Of a DNA stretch of 64,000 bases, positions 31,166 through 40,362 are shown in pieces. This stretch comes from Chloroflexota bacterium. Lineage in GTDB: Bacteria > Chloroflexota > Anaerolineae > J036 > Brachytrichaceae. The stretch is from the NCBI GenBank assembly GCA_030550095.1, contig JAUQQA010000003.1, positions 25,108 through 89,107 of the forward strand, given 5' to 3'. Numbering within the stretch: position 1 is the first letter of the stretch; every line of letters begins with the position of its first letter. Position numbers and translations under genes: made by a program. The notes beneath the pieces were generated by a model. That model ran no database searches. It was not told where the DNA came from and saw nothing but the letters and a program-made list of their open reading frames with translations.

Positions 31166-32026
31166 TCAGCGCAGCAGCGCAGGGATGTCGGTGGGCAGCT
31201 CGGCGACGCGAATGCCTGCGGCGCGCAGCGCCTCGATCTTGGCTTGGGCGCTGCCGCTGCCGCCCTCGATGATGGCGCCAGCGTGTCCCATGCGACGCCC
31301 TTCAGGGGCAGCACGCCCTGCGATAAACCCCACGACGGGTTTCTTGACGTGCGCTTTGATCCACGCCGCGGCACGCTCTTCCTCATTGCCGCCGATCTCG
31401 CCGATCATCACAATGGCTTCGGTCTCGGGATCGTCGTTGAACATGCGGATCACGTCGAGGAAGTCGAGGCCGTGCACAGGATCGCCGCCGATGCCGACGA
31501 TGGTGCTTTGCCCCAGGCCCGCCTGCGTTAGGGCGTACACAGCCTCGTAGGTGAGCGTGCCGCTGCGCGAGACAATACCAACGGGCCCAGGTACGGCGAT
31601 GTTTGCCGGGATGATGCCGATCTTGGCTTGGCCGGGCGTGAGCAAACCTGGGCAGTTCGGCCCGAGCAGCATGGCGCCTTTGGTGTCAAGGTAAGCGCGC
31701 ACGCGGATCATGTCTAACACAGGGATGCCTTCAGTGATGCACACAATGAGCTTGATGCCTGCATCGGCAGCTTCCATGATCGCGTCTGGGGCGAAGCGCG
31801 CAGGCACAAAGATCACGCTGGCGTTTGCGCCCACCTCGCGCACGGCCTGCCCCACCGTATCGAACACGGGCACGCCGTAGTCAGTGATCATGCCGCCTTT
31901 GCCAGGGGTGACACCGCCAACCACAATGGGCGCGTAAGCCTGCATTTGTCGGGTGTGGAAATCGCCCTCACGCCCAGTGATGCCCTGAACGATCAGGCGT
32001 GTGTTGCGGTCCGCGAGAATAGCCAT
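31166..32026 (-). CDS. sucD: Succinate--CoA ligase [ADP-forming] subunit alpha
   Basis: 286 aa from [30 protein letters not shown], and the phospho-His loop GHAGAII. The track ORF extends 139 codons further upstream into the glnA leader, which I consider non-coding. Confidence 0.92.
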   Translation of the reverse strand: MAILADRNTRLIVQGITGREGDFHTRQMQAYAPIVVGGVTPGKGGMITDYGVPVFDTVGQAVREVGANASVIFVPARFAPDAIMEAADAGIKLIVCITEGIPVLDMIRVRAYLDTKGAMLLGPNCPGLLTPGQAKIGIIPANIAVPGPVGIVSRSGTLTYEAVYALTQAGLGQSTIVGIGGDPVHGLDFLDVIRMFNDDPETEAIVMIGEIGGNEEERAAAWIKAHVKKPVVGFIAGRAAPEGRRMGHAGAIIEGGSGSAQAKIEALRAAGIRVAELPTDIPALLR

Positions 32027-32116
32027 GGTGTGCTCCGTCGAGATGTGTTCCGGCGCGGCGATTATATGCATCCCGCTGCGCAAGGCAAGCTGTGCGCGCT
32101 TGGCGCCCTCGTGAGG

Positions 32117-32125
32117 TGGTATAAT
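32117..32125 (+). promoter_or_regulatory. Extended -10 promoter element (TGgTATAAT) upstream of glnA
   Basis: TGGTATAAT at 32117-32125, about 124 nt upstream of the glnA ATG. No good -35 element, which is compatible with an extended -10 promoter. Confidence 0.4.
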
Positions 32126-32154
32126 CCCGCGCGCATTACAACAAAGCTTGGCGT

Positions 32155-32219
32155 CTTGAGTGACCACCGGGATGTGGCACAGCGCTTGTGCCGCATCCCG
32201 TTTTTGTTCGTCGCTCAAG
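32155..32219 (+). promoter_or_regulatory. Nested stem-loop / terminator-like element in the glnA 5' leader
   Basis: Inner 14-bp stem 32168-32181 / 32187-32200 (CGGGATGTGGCACA..TGTGCCGCATCCCG, one G-U), followed by TTTTTGTT. It is enclosed by an outer 10-bp helix CTTGAGTGAC (32155-64) / GTCGCTCAAG (32210-19, one G-U). It sits between the -10 element and the AGGAG Shine-Dalgarno sequence (32233-37). Confidence 0.5.
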
Positions 32220-32248
32220 CGCCGCGCAGACAAGGAGAAGGAATCGCT

Positions 32249-33679
32249 ATGGCAACCGAACTTCGTGACTTCCTCCAGCTCTCGTACGCCGAACTTGAAG
32301 AACTCAACCTTGCTGCCAAGGCGCAGCGACTCGCGCGCACGCCGATGCACCAACTGCGCGAAGAGCGCATGAAGTACTTGACCGACGAAAAGCGCATCAA
32401 GGCGGTCACAGTGCTGTTCTCCGACTTGGAGGGCAGGCTGCACATGCTCGACTATGACAAAAAGTTCCTGCTCAAGTCGGTGGATAACCTCACCTTCGAT
32501 GGCTCTTCGATCCGCGGTTTCACGGCGCAGCGCGAGAGCGACTTGCGGCTGGAAGTGGACTGGAGCGCGTTCTACTGGGCACCGGCAGATGTCTTCGGCC
32601 CCGGCAAGGTGCTTGTTTTTGCAAACGTGCTCGACAAAGACGGCAGCCCCTACGCAGCCGACACGCGCGGCATCCTGAAGCAGTACACGGAGAAGCTCTA
32701 CAACGAGAAGGGCTACACGCTGAACGCCGCCAACGAGATCGAGGGCTTTCTCTTCAAAGGCGAGAACGCCGAGCGCGAATTCTACCGAACGGGGAAGTTC
32801 GAGCTAGTCAGCCCCGGTGGCTACTATCACTCGCTCCCTGGCGACCCGCTGCGTCAGTTCATTGACACGGTTGCTGAGGTGCAGCGCGCAATGGGGTTCC
32901 AAAACGAGAAGGATCACCCCGAGGTCGCGCCCTCACAGTTCGAGATCAACTACAGTTACACCGAGGCGCTTGCGGCTGCCGACACGATCCAGCTCTATAA
33001 GTTGGTGTGTCGCCAAGTAGCGTCCAAGATGGGCATGACGGCGAGCTTCTTGCCGAAGCCCATTGTGGGCATCAACGGGAGCGGCATGCACACCAACATC
33101 TCGGTGAGCCAAAACGGCAAAAACTTGTTCTGGGACCCGAACGGCGAAGAGAACCTCAGCACTTTTGCGTGGCAGTTCGTGGATCGCATCTTGACCCACG
33201 CCAACGACATTTGCTTGCTGCTTAATGCGAGCGTGAATGCTTACCGCCGCCTCGACCCGCACTTCGAGGCGCCGAATCAGATCATCGCCTCGCCGGTTGA
33301 CCGCGGCTCGATGATCCGCATCCCGCTCTCCAATGAGCGCAGCGCTCGCATCGAAGTGCGCTCGGTGGGGCCTGATGCGAACCCGTATCTCGTCATGTAC
33401 TCCCTCTTCCGCACAGGGCTAGAAGGGCACATCAGCGACATGCCCAACCTGCGGCAGGCGAAGCGCTTCTTGCCCGACAACATCTACGACGCCATCGAGA
33501 ACTTCCGCAAGGCGGAGTGGACCACAGTGCTGTTGGGCGAGGACGTGAAGGCGCGCTACGCAGACCTGAAGCAGGCGGCGGCGGATCGGTGCCCGCGCTT
33601 GCTTGGCACCATGGTGAAGGTGCCCGAAGTGCAGTTCCACCACGAGGTCTACAACCAGTACCTCTGGAGCATGTTCTGA
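32249..33679 (+). CDS. glnA: Glutamine synthetase
   Basis: 476 aa from ATG 32249, preceded by AAGGAGAAGG. Beta-grasp domain ([14 protein letters not shown]), catalytic-domain motifs [18 protein letters not shown] and NAYRRL, and [15 protein letters not shown]. Confidence 0.92.
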   Translation: MATELRDFLQLSYAELEELNLAAKAQRLARTPMHQLREERMKYLTDEKRIKAVTVLFSDLEGRLHMLDYDKKFLLKSVDNLTFDGSSIRGFTAQRESDLRLEVDWSAFYWAPADVFGPGKVLVFANVLDKDGSPYAADTRGILKQYTEKLYNEKGYTLNAANEIEGFLFKGENAEREFYRTGKFELVSPGGYYHSLPGDPLRQFIDTVAEVQRAMGFQNEKDHPEVAPSQFEINYSYTEALAAADTIQLYKLVCRQVASKMGMTASFLPKPIVGINGSGMHTNISVSQNGKNLFWDPNGEENLSTFAWQFVDRILTHANDICLLLNASVNAYRRLDPHFEAPNQIIASPVDRGSMIRIPLSNERSARIEVRSVGPDANPYLVMYSLFRTGLEGHISDMPNLRQAKRFLPDNIYDAIENFRKAEWTTVLLGEDVKARYADLKQAAADRCPRLLGTMVKVPEVQFHHEVYNQYLWSMF

Positions 33680-33703
33680 ATCTTTCGCTCCGCGTTGCCG
33701 AGT

Positions 33704-33739
33704 GGGGCGCAGCGCATCAGGCGTTGCGCCCCTTTGCTT
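33704..33739 (+). terminator. Rho-independent terminator after glnA
   Basis: 12-bp stem GGGGCGCAGCGC / GCGTTGCGCCCC (one G-U), loop ATCAG, then TTTGCTT. It lies between the convergent glnA and SGNH genes. Confidence 0.55.
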
Positions 33740-34862
33740 ACTCTGCGATCACCTTTTGCTCCCTCAGCAGCGCGATCAGTTGCTCGACTAGCAGATGCAC
33801 GCCGTAAGGGGTAGTGTGCACAGCGCTATCGGTGAACTCCGATTGTGGCACCACGTCCCAAGCGTCGAGCAGCGTCACGTGGTGTGCCTCTGTCCAAGCG
33901 CGCAAACGCTGACGGTAGAGGTCATACGCCCAGCGCGGGTAAAACGCGTTGTAGCGGATGTGGCTGTTTTTCCCCTCGCTGATCAAAATAGGCTCGTTGA
34001 TGAGCAGCAGCGTCACGCCTTGGGTGTGCGCGAGGCGTATTCCTGCCTCAAGCGCATCGAACGCTAAGGCTTCATCAAGAAGTTGCGGCGGCTGATGCCC
34101 ATGCCAACTTAGGTCATCAGTGAAGTCGCGCTGCGCAGGTGTGTAGCTCTCTGGGTAGTGTTGGTCAATCCCGGTCGCTGCCCAGAGCACGCCGAAGAGC
34201 TGAAGGCGCACCCAATCAGCAAGCGCGCGCCGCTGCCCGATGAGCGTGCGCTCGAGCAAGGAAGGGCGCACAAGCGCGCTTTGGTCGAACGACAATCCAA
34301 CGCGCTGCTGCAATTGTGACATGCGCTCTGCGTTATGCCGCACGAGCGGATGCGTCGTCTGTGCTTCTGCCGCAAAAGACTCCAGCGTGACGAACCAGAG
34401 CACAAGATCGGGCTGATGCTGGAGCGCTTCGTTGAGGATGAGCACGTCTTTGGTGAGCGCCATGATTGGGTAGCCAAGGTTGTAGGCGCGCACGCGACGA
34501 CCATCCCGGCTGCGCAGCGCGCGCGCGTTGAGTTGCCCCGCCACCGTCTCCTCAGGGCGAAGCAAGAATCCCCACACCGACGAATCGCCGAGCATCACCA
34601 CGCGGAACTCGTCAGTTGCTTTCCGTCGCGCGAGCGCGTGCGAGGCAAACATGGCGTTGAGGTCGAACAGGCTGAGGTTGTAGGAAAGCGCGGGGTTTTC
34701 CCCGTAAGGCAGTCGTTCACGTCCGGGATAGACCACGTTGTAGAGCGAGGCGCGCCCTAACAGTGGCACAGGCTGGAGCAGCGCGAAAAGCCCGTTAAGT
34801 GCCACAAACACCAGCGTTGCCTTGAACACGATGCGGGCGATGATGAGGCGCGTCCAGGTCAT
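33738..34862 (-). CDS. Membrane-anchored SGNH/GDSL-family hydrolase or acyltransferase-like protein
   Basis: 374 aa. N-terminal TM, block I VVMLGDSSVWG, and block V DSAVHTT (DxxH). Lies 3 nt downstream of the kinase gene and is the last gene of the operon. Confidence 0.55.
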   Translation of the reverse strand: MTWTRLIIARIVFKATLVFVALNGLFALLQPVPLLGRASLYNVVYPGRERLPYGENPALSYNLSLFDLNAMFASHALARRKATDEFRVVMLGDSSVWGFLLRPEETVAGQLNARALRSRDGRRVRAYNLGYPIMALTKDVLILNEALQHQPDLVLWFVTLESFAAEAQTTHPLVRHNAERMSQLQQRVGLSFDQSALVRPSLLERTLIGQRRALADWVRLQLFGVLWAATGIDQHYPESYTPAQRDFTDDLSWHGHQPPQLLDEALAFDALEAGIRLAHTQGVTLLLINEPILISEGKNSHIRYNAFYPRWAYDLYRQRLRAWTEAHHVTLLDAWDVVPQSEFTDSAVHTTPYGVHLLVEQLIALLREQKVIAE

Positions 34863-34865
34863 GGT

Positions 34866-36752
34866 TTACTCGATGGCGACTGTGTAAACGCGAACGGGGA
34901 AGTTCTGCTGATCGCGTGCGTCAGCGTTGGTCTCCGCGGGCGCGAGGGCGGCGAAACACCGGCGGTTGCTGAAAAACTGGCGGCTGATCATGGCCACGCG
35001 CACCTGCACCGTGAGCTGCGTTGCATCTGCGCGTGGGATCACGCGCACACGCAAGTAGTGTTGCGTTCCCGGTTCCCAGCGGCTAAACCATGATTCAACC
35101 AACGGGTAAACGATGGCGGCGCTGTTGGGCGCGCAGGTGTCGGAGTAGATCATGGCGTCTTTGCACACGCTTGCAGGTGTGATCACGCGCGCGTAGGAGC
35201 GTGAGCCATACTCACAGCCCGCAGGTTCCAGCAGCTCGATCACGGTTTCGGGATCTGCGCCGATGATCGTCACGCGCTCGGCTTCGGGGAACGAGAGCGT
35301 GATCGATCCGCCAAACTCAGCCGTTCCGCGCCCGACGTTGCTCGCCCACACTGCGACTTCAATAGGTTCGCCACGGCGCACGCGCCCTGGCACGCTGATC
35401 CCGTCGAGCCGAGGCACGGGGAAGGTCTGTGTGCCGATGGTGGGCTGGAGCACGAGCACGGGCGTCGCAGTGGGCAAAGGCGTCGGCGAAGGAACAGGTG
35501 TGGGTGAGGGGATGGGTGTCGGCGTTGGTAGTGGCGTGGGTGAGGGGAGTGGTGTCGGTGTTGAGAGCGGCGTGGGCGAAGGCGTAGGCGATGGTGGAGG
35601 TGTGAACGTTGGCGCCGAAGAAGGCGTTGGCGTGCGGGCGGCAGCAAGGACGACGGGCGTAAGGGTTTGGCTTGGCGTCGGCTTGGGCGTCTGCGAGGTG
35701 GGCGTTTGCGTGAAGGCCTCAGCGGCGGCGCTTGTGGGCAAGAAGGGCGCTGTTGCGTGTGCGCTCGTTGGCGTTGGTGTGGGTGCGAATGGTGCGAAGC
35801 GCACTGGAAAAGCAATTTGACTTCCGCTAAGCGTCATTGCGCCGAGACCTCCGCATATCCCGACTGCGATCAAGCTTGCCAATGCAGCCAACATGACCCC
35901 GCCTGAGCTGAGGGCATGCCGAAGGCGCTCACGCGCAGGAGGATGGCGTAATGCTTGGCGAAACGCCTCTACGGATTGAAAGCGCCGCTTGGGATCAAGT
36001 TGCGTCGCTTTGGCGATCGCCTCGACGAGCGCAGGGCTGATTGCCTTCAGGTCGCCGTGCACCTTGTCAGCGCGCGGAAGAACGAACGGGGAAAGCGCTG
36101 GATCGAACCCCGTGGCGAGGTAGAGCAAGAGGGCGCCAAGGGCATAGATGTCGCTGTAGGGGCCTGTCTGTCCTTTGCCGTGTTGCTCGGGTGGCGCGTA
36201 GCCAGCGGTGCCAAAGGCTTCTGTGTCTGTGGGCTGATCCTCCTTGTAAACACGCGCGATGCTGAAGTCAATCAGCTTGACAACGCCTGTGGGTGTGAGG
36301 ATCACGTTCTTTGGCGTGAGGTCGCGGTAAATGATGGGAGGGTTGTGTCGGTGGAGGTAGCTCAGCGCATCACAAAGCTGATCGGCGATGCGCAACACGT
36401 CGGCTTCAGGCAAGCCCATCGGCGAAAGGCGCATGCGCGCTTCGAGCGTCTCACCCTCGATGAACTCGGTCACGAGCACGGGGATGCCATTGTGGAAGAA
36501 GAAATCGAGCACCTGCACGATGTTGGGGTGGCTTAGCTGTGCGAGCAGCCGCGCCATGGATTCAACTTGCTGAAAAGCGGCTTGTGGGTCGGCTTGTGGG
36601 GAGGTGGGCGGTTTGTATTCTTTAACGATGACCTTGCGGTCGAACGTGCGCGCATCCGTGGCGAGATAGACGTAGGATTGCCCACCCTCGGCAAGGAGTC
36701 GCTCGATACGGTAGCGCTCGTTGAGCCATTCACCTGCGGAGAACATGACCAC
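34866..36752 (-). CDS. Ser/Thr protein kinase (Hanks-type) with TM, Pro/Thr-rich linker and uncharacterised extracytoplasmic C-terminal domain (STK1)
   Basis: 628 aa. Kinase subdomains are VIVKEY (Lys), IIYRDLTPKNVIL, LIDFSIARV, GTAGYAPPEQ. TM span GVMLAALASLIAVGICGGLGAM. About 110 aa of PT repeats, then a roughly 190-aa Cys-containing domain with no family I recognise. Confidence 0.9.
   Translation of the reverse strand: MVMFSAGEWLNERYRIERLLAEGGQSYVYLATDARTFDRKVIVKEYKPPTSPQADPQAAFQQVESMARLLAQLSHPNIVQVLDFFFHNGIPVLVTEFIEGETLEARMRLSPMGLPEADVLRIADQLCDALSYLHRHNPPIIYRDLTPKNVILTPTGVVKLIDFSIARVYKEDQPTDTEAFGTAGYAPPEQHGKGQTGPYSDIYALGALLLYLATGFDPALSPFVLPRADKVHGDLKAISPALVEAIAKATQLDPKRRFQSVEAFRQALRHPPARERLRHALSSGGVMLAALASLIAVGICGGLGAMTLSGSQIAFPVRFAPFAPTPTPTSAHATAPFLPTSAAAEAFTQTPTSQTPKPTPSQTLTPVVLAAARTPTPSSAPTFTPPPSPTPSPTPLSTPTPLPSPTPLPTPTPIPSPTPVPSPTPLPTATPVLVLQPTIGTQTFPVPRLDGISVPGRVRRGEPIEVAVWASNVGRGTAEFGGSITLSFPEAERVTIIGADPETVIELLEPAGCEYGSRSYARVITPASVCKDAMIYSDTCAPNSAAIVYPLVESWFSRWEPGTQHYLRVRVIPRADATQLTVQVRVAMISRQFFSNRRCFAALAPAETNADARDQQNFPVRVYTVAIE
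35455..35640. repeat. Imperfect tandem nucleotide repeats encoding the Pro/Thr(Ser) linker of STK1
   Basis: The + strand reads as reiterated GG(C/T)GT(C/G)GG(C/T)G(A/T)(A/G)GG units. They translate on the - strand to [45 protein letters not shown]. Confidence 0.6.
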
Positions 36753-36800
36753 GTGCTCGATGAGGAGGCGAATCGCAGCCGCGAAGCCGCGCGCGTTGCC

Positions 36801-37829
36801 TTAGCTCGGCGGAGTAGGGGAGGGGAGCATGTTTGGCGGCGTGGTGATGTCCACGAAGAACGGCGCCACAGTGGGGGTTGGGCGCGCGATGACCCCTGTA
36901 GCGCTGCCCACCATGATCGCAATGCCGCCACCGAGCAGCAGGATCGCCAACAACGTCAACACAAGCGTGCCTGCAAGCGGGAGGTAGCGCCGTAGATCGG
37001 CGCGTGCAGCGCGTCCTCGGCGGCTGCCGCGCAGCGCCTCACGAAACGCCGCGATGCTTTGGTAGCGCTTGCTCACTTCAAGCTCAGTGGCTTTGGCGAT
37101 GGCGTTGGCGAGTGCAGGGCTAACTGCCTTGAGGTCGCCGTGCACTTTGTCGGCGCGGGGCAACATGAACGGGGTCTGGCTGGGGTCGTAGCCCGTCACG
37201 GCGCGCAGCAGCGTGACGCCGAGCGAGTAAACGTCGCTGTATGGACCAGTTTGCCCTTTGCCGTGTTGCTCCGGGGCAGCGTAGCCTGTGGTGCCCAGCG
37301 GCTCAGTGTCGGTTGCCTTTCCCGCCTTGAAGGTGCGCGCGATGCCGAAATCAATGAGTTTCACCTTGCCGTCGGGCATGATCATCACGTTGCCCGGGGT
37401 CAAGTCGCGGTAGATGATGGGTGGGTTTTGGTTGTGCAGGTACTCCAGCACGTCGCAGAGCTGTTCGGCGATCTCGAGCACTTGCTCTTCGGGCAAGCCC
37501 AGGGGGGCGAACTTGAGCTTTTGCTCCAACGTCTCACCGGGCACATACTCGATCACCAAGATGGGCACGCCGTTGACGGTGAAATAGTCCAGCACTTGCG
37601 CAATGCCAGGATGGCTGAGTTGCGCCAACATGCGCGCTGAGGTCTCGAACTGGCGCAGGGCGGCTTCGTACTCCGTAGGCGTGCCAGGACCGAGACGGAA
37701 CGCCTTCAGCACGACGCGGCGGTCAAACATGTTTTGGTCCTTGGCAAGATACACGATGGACTGACCGCCGATCGCGAGTTGCTCAACGATCACGTAGCGC
37801 TTGTTAAGCACCTGCCCGGGCTTAAACAT
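36801..37829 (-). CDS. Ser/Thr protein kinase with C-terminal TM anchor (STK2, paralog of STK1)
   Basis: Start at MFKPGQVLNKRY (cat 37827-29), 5 nt after the upstream stop. VVLKAF, IIYRDLTPGNVMI, LIDFGIARTF, GTTGYAAPEQHGKGQTGPYSD. The last stretch is almost identical in STK1. TM span LAGTLVLTLLAILLLGGGIAIMV. Confidence 0.9.
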   Translation of the reverse strand: MFKPGQVLNKRYVIVEQLAIGGQSIVYLAKDQNMFDRRVVLKAFRLGPGTPTEYEAALRQFETSARMLAQLSHPGIAQVLDYFTVNGVPILVIEYVPGETLEQKLKFAPLGLPEEQVLEIAEQLCDVLEYLHNQNPPIIYRDLTPGNVMIMPDGKVKLIDFGIARTFKAGKATDTEPLGTTGYAAPEQHGKGQTGPYSDVYSLGVTLLRAVTGYDPSQTPFMLPRADKVHGDLKAVSPALANAIAKATELEVSKRYQSIAAFREALRGSRRGRAARADLRRYLPLAGTLVLTLLAILLLGGGIAIMVGSATGVIARPTPTVAPFFVDITTPPNMLPSPTPPS

Positions 37830-37834
37830 AGCCG

Positions 37835-38419
37835 TCAACTGAAACGAAAGGTAACGACGCAACGCGCGAATTGAATCACATCACCGTCGCGCAGCACCAC
37901 AGAGCGATTAGGCGCAAGACGCTCATCGTTGACTTTGGTCCAGTTTGTGGTGGTGAGGCTGGTGAGGATGACCTCGCGATCGGTGAAGCTCAGCTCGGCG
38001 TGTCGTCGTGAGACGGTGCGCTCTGGGTCGTAGGGCGAAAGATCAACATCGGGGTAGATGCCGCTCACGGGGTCTTCGCGCCCGATCAGCCAAACACGCG
38101 TTGCCTTCGGTGGAAAGCGGATGATGGCTCCGCCTGCGCTGATGAAGTAAAACGGGGGTGGTTGCAAGACGGGCGCAAAAGCTTGTGCTGCTTGTTCGAG
38201 CGGCGCTGCGCTGGGAGCTGCGCTTGTTGGGGTGATGGCAGATTGAAGCGAGAGCGGTGAACCGCACTCGCCGCAGAAGCGGCTGCCGGCAGGGTTTTCG
38301 TGTCCACAGACGGAGCACCGCAACGTTGATGCCGAAGCTTCTGCGGGCAGGCGCGTGCCGCATTGGCTGCAAAACTTTGCGCCAGGCAGGTTTTCGGCGC
38401 CGCATGTTGGGCACTTCAT
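37835..38419 (-). CDS. Double zinc-ribbon + FHA domain protein
   Basis: 194 aa. MKCPTCGAEN..CSQCG and CSVCGHEN..CGECG (two CxxC pairs each). C-terminal FHA domain (WLIGRED...VSRRHAELSF...TNWTKVNDERL). Its ATG overlaps the upstream stop (ATGA at 38416-38419). Confidence 0.85.
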   Translation of the reverse strand: MKCPTCGAENLPGAKFCSQCGTRLPAEASASTLRCSVCGHENPAGSRFCGECGSPLSLQSAITPTSAAPSAAPLEQAAQAFAPVLQPPPFYFISAGGAIIRFPPKATRVWLIGREDPVSGIYPDVDLSPYDPERTVSRRHAELSFTDREVILTSLTTTNWTKVNDERLAPNRSVVLRDGDVIQFARCVVTFRFS

Positions 38420-40335
38420 GGGTTCAGCCGCTGAGTTTTGCGTCCCACTTGGAAGATCATGCGCGTCATGCCAGCCTCGATCTCAGCATCGGGCGGCAGC
38501 GGCACGCGCACTTGAGGCTGCAAGGGCGTGCGGTTCAAGCGTGTGCCGTTCGACGCGCCGCCGTCCGTGATGAAAAACTGCTGCGTGGTGGGATCGCGCG
38601 TGATCTGAAAGTGGCGTCCTGAGACGTAAGGATCGCTGAGCAGAACCACTTCGCACTGTGTAGGGTCTCGACCAACCCAAACGCTCTCTGCTGCGATGGG
38701 CAGCGAGGCACCAGTCATCGGACCTGAGATCACCTTTAGCTCCGCCAAGGGCTGGCGGTTGATGCCGAGGCGCTGGGTCACCATGCGCAAGCCGCCTTGT
38801 ACGCCCTTTGCGATGTTGGCGCGCAACACGGCAAATTGGTTTGCGTAGCGCTGATTGAGCACGATAAGCGCGATCACGAGGCCGAGCACAACCAACGAGA
38901 GCACACAGCCGAACGCTGCGACGCCAGGGTTCTGCCGCAACCACTGCTCGGGCGAAGGGGCTTCCATCGGCACGAACGGCACCGCAGGCACAGCAGCAAC
39001 CTCCAGCGTGCCGCGTACCGAGGAGCTTTCCGCCACGGTCTCCAAGTAGGAATCCGTTGCGCGTGCGAGCAACGAGTAGGGGATGGTCTTGGTGACTACG
39101 GAACGATCCTCGCGCGCGGGCTGCCACTCCACAGCGTAAGGAGGAGTGCTCACCTTCTGCAGCGAGACCCCATTCACGAAGAACTCAACGGTCACAGGGC
39201 GTGGCTTGCCGTCAGGGAAGATCACTTCAGCCTGGATCGTGATAGGGTCGGCTGCGTTTGCGGTAGCCTGGGTGAGCAAGAAGCCGTCGCTGGGCGCGAT
39301 CAGCCTCACACGCGGCGGCTGCAGGTTGGAGGTGAAGCGGAATTCCTGCGTTGCGCTGCCGGCGGGCGTGTTGACCCTAATTTGCGCGGCGTGTGTGCCT
39401 GCAGGACGCACCAAGCGGAAGCTCAAGGCGTATTGTGTGCGTTGTGAGTTGACGCGCGCGAAGACTTCAGCAACCTGCGCATCCACCGTCGCGCGGTCGA
39501 GGCTTTGATCGAACAAGGCAAACGCACCGCCGGTTTGCTCCGCCATTGCCTTCATGTTGGTGAACTCGCGCGGCTGGCGCTGGTTCACCTGAACAGTGAA
39601 GATGCTGACGCCTGCTTGGTTGGCGCGCCGAATGATGTCGCCGCGAATGCCCTCGTCGCTGAACTTGTTGTCGGCGCCGTCGGAAAAAACGAGAATGATT
39701 TTGCGCCGTTGGTCGAGCGCGGCTTGAACGCCTGCATCTGCGTTGCGCGTGAGCGCATTGAGCGCTTGGTTGACGCCGTCGAACAGCGCTGAGAGGCGGT
39801 CCACGCGCGCATTGCGCACTTCTGGCAAGCGCGCGGCTACGGCGGCGAGGTCATTGGTGGGCGGCACAAAGACAGCCACTTTGTCCTCGCCAATGCTGCG
39901 CATTGCGATGAGCCCAAGGAAATCCTGCCCCTGGCTTTGGGCTTGCAGCAAGCCGATGAATTGACGCATGAGTGCGTCCAGGTTGTCCAGGTTGATCTGA
40001 CCAAAGTCGCGGGTGTTGTCCAACCCCGCGAGATCGGCGACAATCATGACGGCGACGCCGCCGTTGATCGCCTGAACGCCTTGTAGTGCAATGGGCTGCC
40101 CTGTGCTCACATCACTCAACGTGAAGGCGTTGGGGCTCAGCCCGCTGATAGCTCGCCCTTCTTGGCTGACCACCGAGACATACAAGGTGTAATCTGGGGC
40201 GTTGGCGCTGTCCACGCGGGTCACTTGGAGCGTCGGCCCTGCGGTTTGTGCTTGCAGGGCAGGGCTGCTGAGTCCGAGTGTCAAAACGCCAATTAGCGCT
40301 GCTAGGGTGAAGCGCCGCAGATGCATCGCGCTCAT
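38416..40335 (-). CDS. Transmembrane receptor-like protein: signal peptide + extracytoplasmic vWA + Ig-like region + TM + cytoplasmic FHA
   Basis: 639 aa. Signal LIGVLTLGLSSPALQAQT. vWA core (VAVMIVADLAGLDN ... KIILVFSDGADN ... VSIFTVQV) with a degenerate MIDAS motif. TM span AFGCVLSLVVLGLVIALIVL. C-terminal FHA (VWVGRDPTQCEVVL..VSGRHFQI..SNGTRLN). Confidence 0.8.
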   Translation of the reverse strand: MSAMHLRRFTLAALIGVLTLGLSSPALQAQTAGPTLQVTRVDSANAPDYTLYVSVVSQEGRAISGLSPNAFTLSDVSTGQPIALQGVQAINGGVAVMIVADLAGLDNTRDFGQINLDNLDALMRQFIGLLQAQSQGQDFLGLIAMRSIGEDKVAVFVPPTNDLAAVAARLPEVRNARVDRLSALFDGVNQALNALTRNADAGVQAALDQRRKIILVFSDGADNKFSDEGIRGDIIRRANQAGVSIFTVQVNQRQPREFTNMKAMAEQTGGAFALFDQSLDRATVDAQVAEVFARVNSQRTQYALSFRLVRPAGTHAAQIRVNTPAGSATQEFRFTSNLQPPRVRLIAPSDGFLLTQATANAADPITIQAEVIFPDGKPRPVTVEFFVNGVSLQKVSTPPYAVEWQPAREDRSVVTKTIPYSLLARATDSYLETVAESSSVRGTLEVAAVPAVPFVPMEAPSPEQWLRQNPGVAAFGCVLSLVVLGLVIALIVLNQRYANQFAVLRANIAKGVQGGLRMVTQRLGINRQPLAELKVISGPMTGASLPIAAESVWVGRDPTQCEVVLLSDPYVSGRHFQITRDPTTQQFFITDGGASNGTRLNRTPLQPQVRVPLPPDAEIEAGMTRMIFQVGRKTQRLNP

Positions 40336-40362
40336 CGCTTAACTCCTCCGTGAGCCATAAGG

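Noticed and set aside
31159-31386. 76-codon N-terminal extension of the RNase H ORF
   Set aside because: It overlaps the 3' end of sucD and is Arg/Pro/Ser-rich. The ATG at 31158 gives the canonical MAKKWYVV hybrid-binding-domain start.
31946-32248. N-terminal 101-codon extension of the glnA ORF, and the reciprocal 139-codon extension of sucD up to 32443
   Set aside because: The extensions overlap each other and the divergent promoter/leader region. Internal ATGs reproduce the canonical N-termini (MATELRDF... preceded by AGGAG, and [18 protein letters not shown]...).
32130-32248. Known glutamine riboswitch (glnA RNA motif) or T-box in the glnA leader
   Set aside because: I could not find the conserved glnA-motif core or a T-box specifier/T-box sequence by eye. 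Only the generic nested hairpin is supported. A covariance-model scan would be needed to decide.
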